Origin: Acidobacteriota bacterium
GTDB lineage: Bacteria > Acidobacteriota > Vicinamibacteria > Vicinamibacterales > UBA2999
Length of the DNA: 64,000 nucleotides
Direction: 5' to 3'
NCBI GenBank assembly: GCA_016184455.1
Contig: JACPCS010000104.1
Coordinates: 13,608-77,607 of the forward strand
Below, piece by piece: positions 62,076-64,000 of the stretch (its first letter is position 1; each line of letters starts with the position of its first letter). The notes under the pieces were generated by a model. The model saw nothing but the letters and a program-made list of their open reading frames with translations, had not been told where the DNA came from and did no database searches. The translations under genes were made by a program, and so were the position numbers.

Positions 62076-62567
62076 TCAGTCGCCCGACATCGGCCGGTAC
62101 CCGCGTGCCGACGGCGAGCCGCCATGGCCCGCGTCCGGGTCGGGCCCGGGGTCGGCATCAGCGGCGGACGAGCCCGCGGGCGGCCGGCCGAACGACGAAC
62201 CGGGCGGCATCGAGCCGTCGCTCCACCCGCGATCGTCGCCTTGGCAATACGCGCCGTCGCGACCGACACGGGCGCGGGCGGCGGCGGCCATCCGCTCGGC
62301 CGAGCGCGCCCACTGCCTCGTGTTGAGCATTCCCATCCAGCCGAACATCAGATCGACCATGCCGCGCTGGAGGTTGTCGCCCGCACGGAACGCGGACTTG
62401 AACGTCTCATCGAACTGCTCGACGACAGTGCCGGTCACGTCCTCGAACGCCTCCGCCGCCCGGTTGTCCGTCCGCTGTCCGCGTCGAAACAAGTTGGTCG
62501 CCTGCTGAATGCCGAACATCGACATCGCCCACGAGTAACTGAGCATCGACTTGGTGATGTCCCGCAT
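62076..62567 (-). CDS. Hypothetical 163-aa protein with the N-terminal SW-MS motif and a Gly/Pro/Asp-rich tail
   Basis: The ATG at 62567 lies 5-6 nt after GGAGG and 10 nt after the kinase stop. The N-terminus is MRDITKSMLSYSWAMSMFGIQQATNLF. I recognise no family. Confidence 0.55.
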   Translation of the reverse strand: MRDITKSMLSYSWAMSMFGIQQATNLFRRGQRTDNRAAEAFEDVTGTVVEQFDETFKSAFRAGDNLQRGMVDLMFGWMGMLNTRQWARSAERMAAAARARVGRDGAYCQGDDRGWSDGSMPPGSSFGRPPAGSSAADADPGPDPDAGHGGSPSARGYRPMSGD

Positions 62568-62576
62568 CTCGCCTCC

Positions 62577-64000
62577 TCACGCCTGTATACGAGTCCGCAT
62601 CCCACGACGGCTCGCGCGCGCCAGCAGCGCCGCCATGCACGCTACCGCCACCAGTTCCGCTGTCACCGTGCCGGAGTCAACCTCAGGCAGCGCGGTCGCC
62701 ACGACCGCCATCGCGCCACACGCCGCCACGGCCACGACACGGCTGGCGCGCCGCCCGGGCCGCGGCGGCGGCTGCTCCAACTCGACGCGAAGCGGAAGAT
62801 CGCCGCGTGCCAGCCGCTCGAGAATGGTGGACGTGCGCGTCCCACCGGTCCGCAGGATCCTGAAGCCGCTGGTCAGACACGCGGCCATCGCCTCGAGCAT
62901 CGCCGCCGAGCGCGGCACGTGGTCGGCCATATGCCGCGCGCACACTTCCTCGAGGTGCGACCGCAGATCGAAGCTCGGAGCCAACCGCGTGATCAGGCCG
63001 TCCAGCGCCACGGCCGAGCGGATGTACTTGATGACGTCGCGCGCCGGCCAGATGCCGGTCTCGCGCGAGAGGCGCAGCATGTCGAGCATGACCAGCGTGA
63101 AGTTCTTGCGAAGGCGCCACCCGCCGACGCCGTCGACATACCAATCGCGTGACGCTTCGTCCAGGCCCGCCCGGAAGCGATCGACGGTCGACCGCTCGTC
63201 GATCTCCGACACCCGGAAGAAGGCGGCGCACATGGCCGGGAGGTCGCCCCGCGTGTAGGCCAGCGTCAGCGCGACAATGTTCTGACGCGAGTAGCAGCTA
63301 ATCGTGCCTGTAATGCCGAAATCGATGTAGCCGACGGCGTTGTCCGGCAGGATGATCAGGTTCGCCGGGTGCAGATCGGCATGGAACATGCCGTACCGGA
63401 ACACGTCGCCGAGGAAGTTGTCGATGATGTTCGATGCCAGGGCGTGGAGATTGAAGCCGGCGGTCGGCTCCGTCGCCGCGCCGCCCTCGCGCCGTCGAAG
63501 GTAGGCGAGCACCGTGTCGCCCTCGAGGAACTCCGTGACCAGAATGCGGGGCGTGAGGTAGGCCCACAGGACCGCGGGCACGCGTTCGTGCCGGTTCGTC
63601 TCCGCATTGCGCCGGAGGCGCACCATGTACCGCGCCTCGGACCGGTAGTCGAGCTCCTCGCTCGTCCACATCACGAACTCGGTCATCGGCTCGATCAGCC
63701 AGTACCCCCTCCACAGGCGCAGCCGCCGGATTAGCCGAATCGTCAGCAGCATGAGACGCGCGTCGCTCGTGAACTGTGCGCGCGCGGTCGGGCGCTGCAC
63801 CTTCACGGCAACCTTGCGGCCCCCGACCACCGCGGCGTGAACCTGCCCGATCGACGCCGAGGCCAGCGGCGTCCTGTCGATCGTGTCGAAGAGCGCTTCG
63901 GCCGGCCGGCCGAGGTCCTCGATCAGGATGCGCTCGACCTCCGAGAAGGGGAACGGCGGCACACGATCGAGCAGATCGAACAAGGCGTTGCAGTACTGGA
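62577..64000 (-). CDS. ABC1/UbiB-family atypical kinase (5' end lies outside the window)
   Basis: Motifs IASASIGQVHAA, KVAVKVQRP, EELDYRSEA, GMFHADLHPANLII and YIDFGITG. The C-terminal segment is hydrophobic. The reading frame is still open at base 64000. Confidence 0.8.
   Translation of the reverse strand, partial: QYCNALFDLLDRVPPFPFSEVERILIEDLGRPAEALFDTIDRTPLASASIGQVHAAVVGGRKVAVKVQRPTARAQFTSDARLMLLTIRLIRRLRLWRGYWLIEPMTEFVMWTSEELDYRSEARYMVRLRRNAETNRHERVPAVLWAYLTPRILVTEFLEGDTVLAYLRRREGGAATEPTAGFNLHALASNIIDNFLGDVFRYGMFHADLHPANLIILPDNAVGYIDFGITGTISCYSRQNIVALTLAYTRGDLPAMCAAFFRVSEIDERSTVDRFRAGLDEASRDWYVDGVGGWRLRKNFTLVMLDMLRLSRETGIWPARDVIKYIRSAVALDGLITRLAPSFDLRSHLEEVCARHMADHVPRSAAMLEAMAACLTSGFRILRTGGTRTSTILERLARGDLPLRVELEQPPPRPGRRASRVVAVAACGAMAVVATALPEVDSGTVTAELVAVACMAALLARASRRGMRTRIQA

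Overview
This is a high-GC bacterial chromosomal segment. The gene content (four CRTAC1/ASPIC-UnbV FG-GAP proteins, a DUF1501/DUF1800 pair, a CarboxypepD_reg-cytochrome protein, NHL propellers) looks like an Acidobacteriota/Gemmatimonadota-type soil organism, but that is inference only. Bases 854-10669 hold a decayed chromosomal integron. The integron-integrase gene (intI) is cut in its Box II codons by a RIT (recombinase-in-trio) element, and the ritB gene of that element is itself cut at the same motif by a second, complete RIT element with perfect 30-bp inverted repeats. Downstream lie five attC sites bounding five cassettes: DUF6883+DUF4926, DUF104 antitoxin+MazF, an unknown-domain/ATL-like fusion, an orphan secreted protein, and an unknown+DUF6884 pair. 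Bases 10.7-27 kb carry ordinary-looking genes: amidohydrolase, lipoprotein, NHL propeller, DUF2235 lipase-like, DUF1501/DUF1800, cytochromes, lactonase, and a DUF6152 membrane module. Bases 27.5-43.3 kb form one roughly 16-kb minus-strand operon with many 4-nt start/stop overlaps: a TPR protein, two CRTAC1 proteins, a 1072-aa TPR/FG-GAP protein, a collapsed FAD/Rieske pseudogene, a 5-heme cytochrome-TPR protein, a CN-hydrolase, a NeuC-like epimerase and an aminotransferase-dehydratase fusion. Bases 46.7 kb to beyond 64 kb are entirely minus strand. My best candidate for an undescribed system is the tightly coupled nine-gene cluster at 52.2 kb to beyond 64 kb. It encodes a UbiB/ABC1 kinase plus an ABC1-like pseudokinase, a DUF1702-like protein, a patatin phospholipase, a 1050-aa protein whose SGNH-like domain lacks its triad, a MaoC dehydratase and three proteins I cannot place. 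Two (possibly three) of these proteins share an N-terminal SW[AG]MS[LM][FW] motif. Several genes are broken by frameshifts or internal deletions, which may be real decay or assembly indels. All family calls come from motif recognition by eye; no database search was run.
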